Shown: piece by piece, positions 1 through 12,900 of the stretch
How positions within the stretch are numbered: the first letter of the stretch is position 1
Layout: each line of letters begins with the position of its first letter
NCBI GenBank assembly: GCA_964016885.1
Contig: OZ024740.1
Coordinates: 250,728,001-250,792,000 of the forward strand
Length of the DNA: 64,000 nt
Reading direction: 5' to 3'
Source of the DNA: Eledone cirrhosa
Taxonomy: Eukaryota
Position numbers and translations under genes: made by a program
The notes under the pieces: generated by a model
The model's input: the letters and a program-made list of their open reading frames with translations, nothing else
Database searches by the model: none
Told to the model about the DNA's origin: nothing

Positions 1-1961
1 GATTTGCCACTCCGCATTGGTTGTGCACCATTGACTTGGCCACCAAGTTGCGTAGTGCCTCATTCTCCGGCAGTTCAGCATACACAATGCTGTCGACATC
101 CTCAGCACATCTCAATTTGCAATCTCTATGTAAAATGATCAGCAAATGTGCATGTGGCAATCCTCTTTTTTGGAATTCAATTACGTATGTAAAAGCAACT
201 ATACCTCCAAAGATTCCCTCTTTTTCCACATCATCCATTATCTTTTTCAGATATCCTTTGAATACACTTGCCACAATATCAGGACGGTCCTTTGGCTGTT
301 GTCCTGGCAAAAGTGCATCCTTAATATCAGTCCATTCAGGATTGCATGTAACCCTTATAAACAAATCTGGCTTTCCAAACTTTCTGACAATAGCCATTGC
401 ATCCTGATAGCGAATGTTCATATATCTCGGGCCACCGATGACCGACGATGGCAAAATGATCCGTCGACCAATTTGCTTGTAATTGGCATCATCGGCTGTT
501 ATCGCATCCTGTATATTATTATACAATTCAGCTCTGATATGTTGCTGATGTTTAGCTATATAATTTAGCCTTTGATTTTCGATCTTTGCGAATGCCATAC
601 AACAGTATTCCTGGAACAATCTGCTGGCTTGAAATAGCGCATTTCTCTGTTGATTCCTCTCGTTCAAATGGAACGCGTAAAAGTCGCGAATCGAATTATT
701 ATGTCTATTGCCACCTCCCTGTTGATGCTGATTCTCATGATCATCTAAATGAACAGACATGTTCCATCCATTTTCACCTTTTGGGAATAAAAGAATATAA
801 TGCAATGGATCGTATGCCCTATTTGACTCATTGATAGTCTTGAGACCACCATCTCTGCGATTGAGGACGATATCTCTCGATTCAGGCTTATCATCCATCA
901 ACACAGCAACTTCACGAAATCATTCAGGGGCATTATATCGCCGTTCGTGTTGATTCCTTGGCACTGCGTCAGCCTTAATCACCAATGTTTGCTGCTGAAC
1001 ATTTTGCAGTTCAGCCACCAACATGAAATCCATAACATAAGGATTACACTGTCTAAGCCATGATTGCAAATCACGGATCAAATCACTTAACATTTCCGTT
1101 CAAGTTCAGTTATATTTCCCGGCAACTTCATCCAACCGATCCTGATATCCTCCTCCGATTCACTATAATCTGGATCGTTAACGTAAATTTGAGCGAATCG
1201 AGGCCTCTCTCCTGGGCTAACTTCTAAATTGCCGATACACTGATACAAACGGCCTTGAATGACTACATTCGGTTGCCATGCTCCACTCTCAAATATCTCA
1301 CTAACTCTCTGCGATGCTAAAGCTAATGAATTGTTAATTTGCCGCGAATATTTGCGCAGTAATCTACCTCGGTCTACTTGATCACCCCACATACTTAGTA
1401 TTTTAAACTCCGGTGACTCCTCATCATTCGGCATTCGCAAAGGTTCTAGTTGAACTGCTCCTTTATGACAGCACATTGTGGTCCACGTCTTTTCGTGCCT
1501 CCAAAGCAATGCCCCACAATCTGGACACTCTTAAAATGACACGGTTGCCATGATCCATTTTTAATATCATTCGTTCGTCTTCTAGCCTCTTTACTGGAAT
1601 GAGGAGCACTTTGGCGACACATTCTTTGAACTTCTGTATTGCCCTGGCGCTGTTCAGCCAGCTCTTCTTCATCCATCGCAGCACGCCGTTGCTGCTGAAT
1701 TCTGACCATCTGCTGATGATGCTCAGCCAGTTCGTCTTCAACCATCGCAGCACGCCGTCGCTGGTTGGCTCCAGTGTTTCGTTGGCGCTGTTCAGCCAGC
1801 TCCTCTTCATTCATAGCGGCACGTCTTCGCTTCTGAAGTTCGGCGTTCCGATGGCGCTGTTCGGCCCGTTTTTCTTCATTGCTGGCTGCACGCCGTCGCC
1901 GCTGTAGTTCACTGTTTGATAAAGTCGAATTGCTTTTATTATCAGTATTCATTTCGAGCAA
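1..1961 (-). mobile_element. Helitron Rep/helicase N-terminal part, frameshifted; continues off the left edge
   Basis: Minus-strand translation gives TYVIEFQKRGLPHAHL (~143-190, HUH Rep motif 2), GKPDLFI..TCNPEW (~330-378), GRLYQCIG..RPRFAQIYVNDP and Zn-finger ECPDCGALLW..CCHKG (~1460-1530). ORF 1446-1961 carries ~23-aa Arg/Glu-rich repeats. Confidence 0.9.
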
Positions 1962-1965
1962 TTGT

Positions 1966-2640
1966 CAAAAAATGACACAATAATAAATATAAAAGATGTC
2001 CGTCAATGTAAAGAAAGGTCCCTATTTACTCCCTTCACAACTCTGTGTATGTTAGACTGACAGGAAGGCACACAGACAGATAAACTGCGTGGCGATTGTG
2101 GGACGCCACACACATACACGCATGGAAACACGCACACGCACGCAAACTTACACACGTACACAGATGTTGATAGTTTTTACTTTCTGTGGAACGCTGCACG
2201 CACGCACACACACATAAACATACGCGCACGTACATACGCACGCACACATGTTAATAGTTATTGCTTTCCTTCCCCTCTTATTTCGACACACATCACACAC
2301 ATGTCTCTACACTGACACATATACATAGTGTATAAAAAATGACACAATAATAAATATAAAAGATGTTCGGCAATGTAAAGAAAGGTCCCTATTTACTCCC
2401 TTCACAACTCTGTGTATGTTAGACTGACAGACAGGCACACAGACAGATAAACTGCGTGGCGATTGTGGAACGCCACACACTTACACGCATGGAAACGCGC
2501 ACACGCACCCGTGTACTTACACACACGCACACACTCACACGTGTTGATAGTTTTTACTTTCTGTGGAACGCTACATGCACGCACACACACATAAACATAC
2601 GCGCAAGTACATACACACGCACACATATTAATAGTTATTG
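1966..2640. repeat. ~370-bp imperfect tandem duplication upstream of the Helitron ORF
   Basis: AAAAATGACACAATAATAAATATAAAAGATG...CCCTATTTACTCCCTTCACAACTCTGTG occurs at ~1968 and ~2335; both copies continue to TTAATAGTTATTG. Confidence 0.85.
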
Positions 2641-3051
2641 AACACAGCGTTCACACTCTCCCCTCTCACTCCCTCATTGGCATTATGCATATTAATTTCA
2701 GTTTGGCGTCGTTGAGGTGGGCGGAGTCGTTTGAAACATATGAACCAATGATCGAGAATTATGACACACGGAATACTGACGTTGTTGAAATTAATAAATA
2801 GATATACACACACACACCGCGTCATAATGACGTAATGCAGACCGCCAAGCATACAGACAGATATTATAAGGGCGCAACGTTATATCTATGTATATATCTA
2901 AAAAGAGAAAGACTAAGAATTACAGAGAGAGATCGCTAAATCCCCTAATGCGGTCGCTAGGGCATTGGAAATTGGAAATTTCGTTTGCGCAAAACACTCA
3001 CGGGACCATAGGTATTACATGTGTAAAGTTTGAAAAAAGTCAGCAATGCTA

Positions 3052-6000
3052 GGGCACTGAACGAGTGCCTGCAGGGCGGTTTCGTCGCTCTGTGCGCATC
3101 TCGGACAGATGTCAGAAGACCTTATCTCGAACCGGCAAAGCTACCCGGTAGAACTGACAGGCCAGGGATTTCTGGAAGTTGTCCATTGGCCCCGGGCTGA
3201 AAATTCTCTTGAAGAGAGCGAACAGCTGATCGTCTTCGAGAACGTCGTCACTCTTCCCCTCCTCTAGTCCTCTATAGAATGCCGAGGTGGATGTTCCACC
3301 GATACTAGTGCCCAGCTGGTAGAAGGCTATGAGCGCTTGAAGAGATTCCAGCTTCCAAGCACTATCCCTCGGTCTTTTCCTGGTCCAGGACTGCATCTCC
3401 GTTAATGAGACGAGCTGGGGTAAAACATGTCTGGCAAATGGTCACCACACCTGTTCGCCGTCAGGAAGCACCAGAGATGTCGCAGCCTCAGCGCGTGTTT
3501 GCGCATCATCAGCCACGCATCACCAGCCCTCCACGCAACGGGTGTTGACAGGAGATGGATCGTCTGACCATGGGAGCACGTCCCTTCCATAAAAAGTGGA
3601 GGAGGAGGCTCTTCACTTTTTTGTCAGAGTTGGGCCAGGGCAAGGCACAACGGTTAGGCGGTAGCAGATGACGGATGCGATGAACGCATTCACCACCTCT
3701 GCCCGACCTTTCAGGGACAGCTTCTTCTCGGCCCATTTCTGGGTGAGAGAGGCCATCCTGTTCGTCATCTCGCTCCAGCTTTTCTCCATCTGGAGGTCCA
3801 GACCGAACCAGACTCCGAGCAATTTTACCGGTCTTTCCGTCCAGCGCCCCACGTGGCTGTCGGGCGGCATAGACTTGCCTCTACAGGTGCCGAGCTGCAA
3901 ACCCACCGACATTTCCTGGTTTAACTTTGCTCCTGTCACTGCTTCGTATTCCTTGAGAGCGGTGCCGAGCATCTGGACATGTCTGGTGCTCGACACCACC
4001 ACGGGGACGTCGTCGGCGTAAGCTGGCACGGATCTTGCGCATCCCAGTTCGCGTGGGGACGCCCCTCATCGTCTCCAATTTGTGCAGTAACGGCTCGAGG
4101 GCTCGAGGGCCTGTCGGAGCAAGCGCATGATGCTGAAAGGCTGCGACAGGTGAGCATTCACCCTCACAATCAAGCAGATGTCGCTGTGCATCCCAGCGAT
4201 CCAGCCCTTAAAAACGGGTCCGAAGCTGGAGCCTCGAGGACCCTAGCCAGGTACCGATGGTCGACCCTATCAAATGCTTTAGATTCATCCAAGTTGATCA
4301 GGACCCCACCCGTGCCAGGTTCCTTAACGACCCTCTCTATGCTGTATCGCATGAGGTGGGGGTTGTCGTGGATAGATCTGTCTGGAATGGCGCATGTCTG
4401 GTCCTCTCCTACCAGATTACCGACGACAAGCGCCAATATCGTTGCTAACACCTTGGCCAAAATTTTGAAGTCTGTGTTTAACAGAGTTATGGGCCTGAAT
4501 TTGTCTATAACGTCCCATTTGTTCGGGTCTTTTCTCAACAGCACCACCGTTCCCCGGCTCACAAAACTGGGAATGCTCCCGTTCTGCTGCCAGTTGCAGT
4601 AGACGTCTGCCACGAGGTCGCCGAACAATTCTGTCATGTACGGATAAAGCTCGTAGGGCAGACCATCCAAACCTGGCGATTTACCCCTCGTGCAGTCAGA
4701 CATTGCTTCCCGTATTTCACCAGCTGTTATCGGCTTTTCGCAATACTGCGCTACGGACGTCGAGAGCTGCAGCAGTCCCTTGAGGTATGCACTGAAGGTC
4801 ATACTCCGATCTGACCCGCCGCCGCTCTCAAACAGTTGAGCAAAGTGCCCGTTTTGGTCAGGCAAGGATTGAATTGTGGCTTTGTTGCCACGTCGCGCCT
4901 CCACCACCCGGGCCCATTGGACAGCTTTTGTCCCCTCTTGTCTCAGAGCACGCACTCTAGCTCTGACAACGCAGCCTTTGTGCTTTGCATTGAAGAATTG
5001 GTCGAGTGCCAATTTGCCGCAAGCACGTCGGTTGCGATACCTGTCCTAAACGCCTCTTCTAGCTTTTTAACTAGCTCTCCTTCTACTCTATTTTCCTCTA
5101 ACTTTACTCCTTTGCTAAACTTTATTGATTCTACTCTAATTGTCCTTTTCAGGGTAAACCACCACCTGTTGTTGACGATCGCACCCGTCAACGCACGCTT
5201 AACTAATTCGATTATCCGGTCTCTGTAAGCTTTGCGCGCCGGGAAAGACGCGTTCAGCTTCCAGTAACCGGGTCCTTGCCTATGAAGTATATCTAAGTCG
5301 ACTTCACATATCACAAATATGTGGTCCGAGTAGCCGACTACTTTAAATGTGGACAACCCACGCTAACCATATCTGTTTCCCTACACAATACCCTATCTAG
5401 ATATGATCTGGATGACCCATTGCAGTTTGCCCAAGTCCACATTGGCACATTCGGATAATCCAGTCGATACCTGTCAGACAGTTGAAAACGTCTGAACAGG
5501 TTGGTGAGGCTTTTACATCCTCCTCCCTTATTTACTAGACCCACATAATCCCAGCGTGCATCTAAGATACCGTTCCAGTCACCCACTAACACTAAAGAGC
5601 GGGACGTTCCAAGAAAGGTCTCTAGGCGTCTGAAGAAATCTGGCGTCCTGCCAATGTTGGGGCGTAGACGGCTACTAGCCTGAAAGCATTGCCTTCGCTG
5701 CCTGTCACGTCCAGCACCACCGACTTACCTTCTGGGTCCAGGAAATGGCCCGTATGGCGAGATCCAAGCCTCTACGAAAAAGCACAGCAACTCAGCCCCC
5801 CGCTCCCGGACGGCTAGGAGATGCGTATACATCGTAGCCGCCGAGGATCGGTACGAAGTCTCGTGCTTCGGAAATGCTGGTCTCGCTGATGGCCACGACA
5901 TATGTTTAGTAACTTAAGATCGGTAAGCAGGTGGCCCTGCTTCCAAGATGACCGCAGGCCATATACATTTATTGTATCTATTCTAAGTAAGGCCATATTC

Positions 6001-7850
6001 GGTGAGGAATGGAGTAAGTGAGAAAGGATCATCTACCCTGACCGTGTGGGGAAGGAACAATTGAACCGTCCCTTTGACTGGTCATGGGTGTCTCCAAGAT
6101 GATGTCGGTGTATATCCTTTTGGTAACTGACCTTCTGAAGTCTCCAACTGCGTTGGGGAATTTTACTTTTAAATATTTATAGTGTTCTATTTTAATTTCA
6201 ATAATGCTTATATTTTTCGGGAGAGTTCTTGGTGTTGGTGGGATGTAGTAATTTTTGTCCGTAATGTCTATGTGCTGCTCTATATATTCTAAGAGTTCTT
6301 TATTTGCCAAGTTTATGGCTGTGTAATGTTTTGGGGGTGGTTTTGTTTTGTTGCTCTCTTCTTGTTTCTGCTGTTGGGTATGTTTGTCTTGTGTTTGCGA
6401 TGTTGATGTTTGTGGTGCCGGTGGTGGTGGTGTGGTGGTTGGAGTTGGTGGTGGTGGTGGCGTTGCTGCGAGTCGCCTTGCAGCCTTTACCCCTCTTTGT
6501 TTGCCTTCGCTTTTGGAGAGTGAAGCTAAGGGTTTTTGTTTGTTTTTTGTTTTTTTGTGGCAGACCATTTGCCACTTCACTCAGACTCCATGTCGGATTC
6601 CGTGGCGTCTGGGAGGGGTATGTGCTCCACGGTTGTTGGTGGTGGTAGTGGAGGCCTCTCCGGCGATTTTGTTGCTGGTGCAGCTACTGCAAATGTAGCT
6701 ACTGGTGTTGCTGCCACTGATGCTGCTGCTTTAGTTGTCTGTGGACTTGGTACGGGTGTCACGGACGTTGCCCTCCTACTCACTGTGGAAGGGTCTTCTG
6801 CGTTTGTTGCCTGCCCTGCTCTTGGTAGCAGCAGACCAGGCGGCATTGGAAGGAGGGGGCCTTCTTCTTCGCTGTCTTCTGCGAGCAAAAGGCTCTGAGG
6901 TAACCCTTTTACCCACAGAGATAACATTTTGGGCGTCTTCCTTCCTCGCTTATAAGGAGTTGGAGTCCTTCCTCGAGGTCTATGATATCGGGGATAGCGT
7001 GGATACACTCCTGATTGTATAAGCATTTGCATGCCTATACCTGACCAGTTCTCTCTCCCTATTTTCTCTACTTGCAGCATGGTCGTCCTGTCCTCGATTC
7101 CAGCAAGGACAGACGTGGCCAGCCAAGGTATGGGCATGTCGGGTGGGATCTGGGTCAATTTTACCCTTACAATTTTCTGCCCGCAGTACGGGGGCACCAA
7201 TACTATCTCCTCACTCTTTAGGGTTTCCAAAGAGTGAGACTTCTCGTCTTGTGGGTAGCGAAAAGTACGTCCACTGTGGCATACTTTCTGCTTCGGGTGA
7301 TGTGGGTTTTGCGCGCCCAGACGTACCCTAAGGCCTTTGGGATTTGAGCCTCCGTGGCTCTCTCCACCCGATGTGACATGTTGCTTACGGTGCGGTAAGT
7401 CACCGTCCGTAGCTGCTGGTCCTTGAAAAAATCGGTTTCAGGAAGACTCTATTGGCGCTTCTTGTCACCATGGCCCTTGCGACTGCCATCTCCTCCTCTG
7501 TGACTAACACTGTTTCGATATTTCGGGCGACATCTGCAAAAGAAGTGGTCCCTTTTTCAGAGCACCACTATTGCTGCCGCTACTGGTCTTACTGGTGGTG
7601 CTGAGATCGCTGTTACAGGTATCGATGTCATTGTGATGTTTTTGTTGGTACTGTTGTTGGTGTTGTTGTTGTTGTTTTCGTTGATACTGTTGCTGTTGTT
7701 ACTGTTATTGTGGCTGTTGTTATTATTGTTGTTTTTGTTGATACTGTTCCTGCTATTATTGTTGTTGTGGCTGTTGTTACTCTCTGTGTTGTCTGATAAC
7801 GCTCTGTCTCTTTCTTGTGTTATCCTTGTTGAAATTTTTTTCTTTCAAAA
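3052..7850 (-). mobile_element. Tx1-clade (L1 group) non-LTR retrotransposon copy A, decayed, 3' end lost
   Basis: ORF1 remnants 6029-7800. ORF2 starts near 5997 (MALLRIDTINVYGL); APE motifs GDWNG and SYLDRV; linker GPGYWKLN; RT motifs KSPGLDGLPYE, FRPITLLNTDFKILAK, LDESKAFDRVDH, AYADDV; RGGL; ETALQALVQC near 3060. Confidence 0.92.
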
Positions 7851-7877
7851 AAATAATAATAAGAAGAAGAAGAAGAA

Positions 7878-8775
7878 GGGAAGAATACGCACGTGGTGGA
7901 TAGATGTTATGGAATCGCTCCCGTAAGTTTTTGATTTTTAACATATTTAAAACAATTGGGATATAACAATTCTTAGTACAAATGGGACATAAAGCACCAG
8001 GTTTAGCTCTCAGGAAATGAAAACCCATAATATCCTGTTATATCGCTCAAATATTCAATTTTGTATTATAAATTTGATATTCAAAAAAGAAAATTGTTAT
8101 AAATGGAAGAAAACTCCCTCTGTCTACATTATATAGAACAGCCAAATAACAGCAATTTCACCACCACCACAACCTAGATACACCACCTATCCCATCACCC
8201 CTCTGTATACACTAAATTCAACAGCAAGATAACGGCAATTTCACCACCACCACCACCAATCCCAGCATAATAATAATTGTTCCTACTTTTGGCACAAGGC
8301 CAGCAATTACACAGTACATTACTGGTAGTTTATTTTATCGACCTCGTAAGGATGAAAGGCAAAGTTAACCTCAGCGGGATTTGAAGTCAGATCGTAAAGG
8401 GACGTAACTATGCTGGAAAGCATGTCCGACCCTCTACCAATTCTGCCAATCCAGCATAATAATAATAATAATTACTATTATTGTATCTCAAGTTTTCTCA
8501 AAATGTTTAATTCAAATATTAAGAAAATATGTCAACACATATATTAAACATACGCGATCCGCATAGATATACAGATCAAACAAACGCATACTAGCTACAG
8601 TCTATTCAACAGAACTAAGATACGACAACGCCATAACTACAGTCACCGCCGCCACCACTCCTTCATTGCTACCACCACTATTCCTCCACTACCTTCTGTT
8701 AACTTAAGAAACGGGTAGGTGGCGGAATCACTAGACAAGGGAGAGGCTAGCAAAAGATATAAATAGACTGACTTA
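7878..8775 (+). mobile_element. 5' UTR of R4/Dong-clade element family 1 (copy 1, ORF missing), interrupted by a SINE
   Basis: GGGAAGAATACGCACGTGG...TCGCTCCCGTAAGT and the following ~350 bp align by eye with the reverse complement of 24130-24521 and with the end of copy 2 near 19650-19704. Preceded by (AAT)3(AAG)n. Confidence 0.8.
8272..8452 (-). mobile_element. tRNA-derived SINE
   Basis: Reverse complement of the SINE at 29422 and 51419 (B-box-like TTCAAATCCC, TTTGCCTTTCATCCTTAC core). Flanked by AGCATAATAATAAT direct repeats. Confidence 0.85.
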
Positions 8776-9000
8776 GTGACCCGGTCAACGTCAACGACTA
8801 TTGCACTGCTGGCTCCCCCCTTCCCCACCAACAATAGAAAAAGCACCAGCACCACCACCGACACAGCCAACAACAACAACAGGCAACTTCAACAAAACGT
8901 ATATTATATTATTAATAATAATTTCATTCTTAAGCCACGGAATGCTCACATTAAGGAAACACTCATGATAATAACAATTTAAAAAACAACAAAAATAGAA

Positions 9001-9950
9001 ATCCCCGTGACCAAGAATTACCGGGATGGCGGCCGGCGTGGAATAGCCGTGTCTCTAGGGAATGACGACCCCTCTAGTCTTGGTTGACACTGGTCCTAGG
9101 AGTGGTAACACGAAATGATTACCCCTTGGCGGTTAAGGATAAAACGCAACAAAATAAAGTAAATGTCAAATGACAAAATCTCATACCGGATCGGCCGTCA
9201 CCCGGGTCAAAAAGGGCCGCGTCCCTCAGAGAGGAACCAGACTGGGGTCGAAAAATCAGCTAATGGTTCAAACCTTCCCATCACTTCGGAGCTGGAGACC
9301 TCCCATAACCGGAATACTCCTACTGTTGTCTCTCCATGTTCACCACCAAGAAATCCAAAGAAAAAGAGAGAAAAATGGTCAAGGGCAGACAATAAAGAAG
9401 TCTTTGAGACTTTCTACACTGCCATGTACTACCCATCAAATAGATCGAATACAGAACAGACATATATCAACTGGAAAAAGAAACATCCCGAAAACAGAGA
9501 CTATATTGACAGTAACATACTAGTTAATATACGAAGAAATATTGTTAAGAAAAAGTTACTAACTGATATAGAAATTGATCAGATCAAGCAATTAGCGCAA
9601 AGTCAGCGAAGGGAAAATGAAACATGTGTCAGTGAAAACGAAGTAAATTGTAACACTTCAAATCCCAAGGTTGGGGCTGAATCACTGACAACAGAACAAA
9701 TTAAAAAAAGGATCGAAAAAGTGGAGGGAGTGCAAGCTCAAGATGAAACTCCAAATGAAAACAATGAGATCATCAATGATAAAGAAATAAATGTGAATGA
9801 ACTCGCCAACTTGAAGAATGAAATTATGATCGAATGGAAGAAAATGTAAGAATCTGACATGTAAGAATCTGAAATGTAAGAATATGACCAAAGGATAATA
9901 CACAAGACTAACATAGCTCTCAAACATATTATCATCACAAATAAACTAAA
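9001..9950 (+). mobile_element. 5' fragment of a second R4/Dong-like RLE family (ORF N-terminus 9163-9849)
   Basis: KKREKWSRADNKEVFETFY..NWKKKHP..NIRRNIVKKKLLTDIEIDQIK parallels the WTK.LNRTVMQCY..IW..QARVIRTNGWISELELEEL N-terminal region of ORF 20049-23297. Confidence 0.7.
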
Positions 9951-9959
9951 CATTACTGA

Positions 9960-12900
9960 TCTATCTATCTCCCTGGAACATACCTCACTACCACTCCTTC
10001 CGTCTTCTTCCCCAATCGTCATTACGTGGTGTCGCCTCTGTCGCCTCTTTCGCAAGCGACGCCATTAAAGAAAAAGGAAAATGTAGTTTGTCGTAGCGTT
10101 CTTCATCAAGAGAACGCGCGTGCCGTGGAACATTTCTCCACGACGACGACGACGAAAGATGTGTGCGGTAAATACGGAAAGCCATTTCATTCGTCTGACG
10201 TCATGAAGTATAGCAGCAGCAGCCGTAATAACAGCAGCAGCAGCAAAACTGGCGAGAAAAATACTAGTAGCAGCTGCAACAGTATCAGAAGCAGCATAAA
10301 CAACAACAGCCGAAGCAGCAACAGCAACAGCAGCAGCAGCAACAGCAACAACAGCAGCAGCAGCAACAGTAACAACAACAACAACAACAACAACAACAAT
10401 AACAACAACGGCGGTTACGGCGGTCGTAGTACCAGCAGCAACAACAAGAATAACAGCAGCTCTGACGACAACAACAACAACAAGAAAGAAAAACCAATCT
10501 CGTTTGCAGGTATCGCAAAGAACCTGGACACCATCCTTATAACAAATGAAGAATTACAGGAAGCAAGGAAGATGTTGACGAAAACCGGACACCGAGCAAT
10601 CTGCAAGGCAACCGAAGAATTTTTTGAAATTCAACAGCACTGTACGGTCACGCACCGTACAGTAAGCACAAAATCACGTGGGATTGAAAGGGCCACAGAG
10701 ACTCAAATACAAAAAGCCTTAGGGTCTGTGTGGCAGCGGAAAACGCATATCACCAGAGGCAAGAACTATGCCACCGTGGACGTGCTTTTTGCCACACCCC
10801 AGGAGGCAAAGGCTCAATCCTTAGTGACCCTAAGGAGCGAGGAAATGGTGTTGGTGCCCTCCTACTACGGACAAAAAATTGTGAGGGTCAAACTGACCCA
10901 AGCCCCCCCCCCCCCCTCGGGATCGCCCCTTTTTGGCTAGCCGCGTCGTCTGTCCTCGTCGGAATCGAGAACAAAACAACCGTACTGCAAGTACAGAAAA
11001 AGCTACGAGAAGATTGGGTCGGCGCTTCCATTTTGATGTTAATTCAAACCGACCAGGAGTGTATCGAAGCTATCCCGGATGTGATATTCTTCGATAACGG
11101 CACTCAACTTCCCATAAGTGTTGAGGGCAAACGCCCGAAATGTTTTTCTGTGGGTCGAAGACTCACCTCAAGGTCTTCTGCAATGAGAAGACCCTGAGAA
11201 AAGAGAAACCCCCTCCTTCCGAGACCGGCTCCACTGCTACTAGAAGTAGGACAGGCGGCAAGGAGGAAGGATAGGTCCGTGGTACTCATACCCACGCACG
11301 GAAATAAAGAAGAGCAGCAGCAGTGGAAGTATTAACAACAACAACAGTAATACCAACTGCAGCTGCAACAGAGACTCCACTGCAACCATCACCAACATGA
11401 ACAAGTGAAAGAGTGGAGATGGTACCCCTCCCCGACCTCACAGAATCGGACATGGAGTGTGAGGTGGGAGAGGGATGGAAAAAGTCGCAAGAAGGCGCAA
11501 ACGCAGAAGCAGCGCATCGTTGCCTTCGAAAAGGGAGGGAAGAGATGAAAAAAGGGTGAAGGCTACTGCAAAGAGACTTACAGCAGCAACACCCCCAACA
11601 CCATCACCACCCACACTAGCACTACCATCACCACGGGCGGCAACCTCACCGCCAACAACAACACCTTCAACAACACCACCACAAGCATCAACATCGCAAA
11701 CACAACAACAAAACACACACACCCAGCAACAACGACAAGAAAATAGCAAAACCACACCCCACCCCCAATAAAAGAAATGCACAGCAATATATACACACAA
11801 CAAGAAACTAATGACTTACATAACTGAACACAGACATTTCACAGCACGACTACTTAATACCAGCACCAATCAAAACACCCACGAGCATAAGACTGGTAAG
11901 AATATCACAGAAACAATACACACATTAAAATGAAATTCCCCAACGCAGTTGGTGATTTCAGAGACCTAGGAGGGTCACTCAACCGGAGAGTATACTCGGA
12001 TATACTCACAGAAGAGCCGACGACCAGCCGAAGGGACGGTTCAACGGTCCCTTCACCAGACGATCAAGGTAAGTGATCCTTTCTCACTTGCCCCGTTCCT
12101 CACCCAACATGGCCGTATTCAGGATCGGAAGTGTAAACGTGCGTGGCTTGAGCTCGGTTTGGAAGCAGGGTCACTTGCTTAACGAACTCAGGTCACTAAA
12201 CATAGATGTAGTGGCAATGAGCGAGACGGGAATCTCCGAAGCATGAGCCTTCGCACCGATCTTCGCCGGCTACGATGTATACGCATCTCCCAGCCGTCCA
12301 GGATCAGGGGAGGTGTTGCCGTCCTTTTTCGGAAAGGCTTGAGTATCGCCATACGGAGCATCTTCCTGGACCCAGAAGGTAAGTCGGTGGTGCTGGACGT
12401 GAACGGTACCGAAGGTAACGCTTTCAAGCTAGTAACCGTCTATGCCCCGACAGGGACAGGACGGCCAGATTTCTTCAGACGTCTAGAGACCATTCTGGGA
12501 ACGTCCCACTCTTTAGTGTTTAGTGGGCGACTGGAACGGTATCTTGGATGCACGCTGGGATTGTGTGGGGATAGTGGATAGGCGAGGTGGGTGCAAGAGC
12601 CTCACCAACTGGCTCAGACGTTTTGAACTGTCTGACAGATATCGACTGGATCACCCGAATGTGCCAATGTGGAGATTGTCAAATCGCATCGGGCCATCCA
12701 GATCGTATCTAGATAGGGTATTCTGCAGGGAACTAGATAAGGCTAGTATAGGTTGTCCACAATTTAAAATAGTCGACTACACAGACCACAAATTTGTTGT
12801 TTGTGAGATCGACATAGACAGACTTCATAGACAAGGGCCTGGTTACTGGAAGCTGAACGCGTCTTTCCCGGCGCGCAAAGCCTAGAGAGACAGGATTAGC

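Noticed and set aside
2880-3052. Possible Helitron termini (TCTA...TATA...AAAAGAG start, CTAG at 3049-3052)
   Set aside because: No 3' hairpin found and the orientation conflicts with the minus-strand Rep ORF, so I could not assign it.
9843-9885. Triple ATGTAAGAAT(CTGA) repeat
   Set aside because: Local slippage at a broken element; not CRISPR-like (no spacers, eukaryotic context).
10285-10518. Poly-Cys and poly-Leu ORFs
   Set aside because: Reverse strand of AAC/AGC repeats in Tx1 ORF1.
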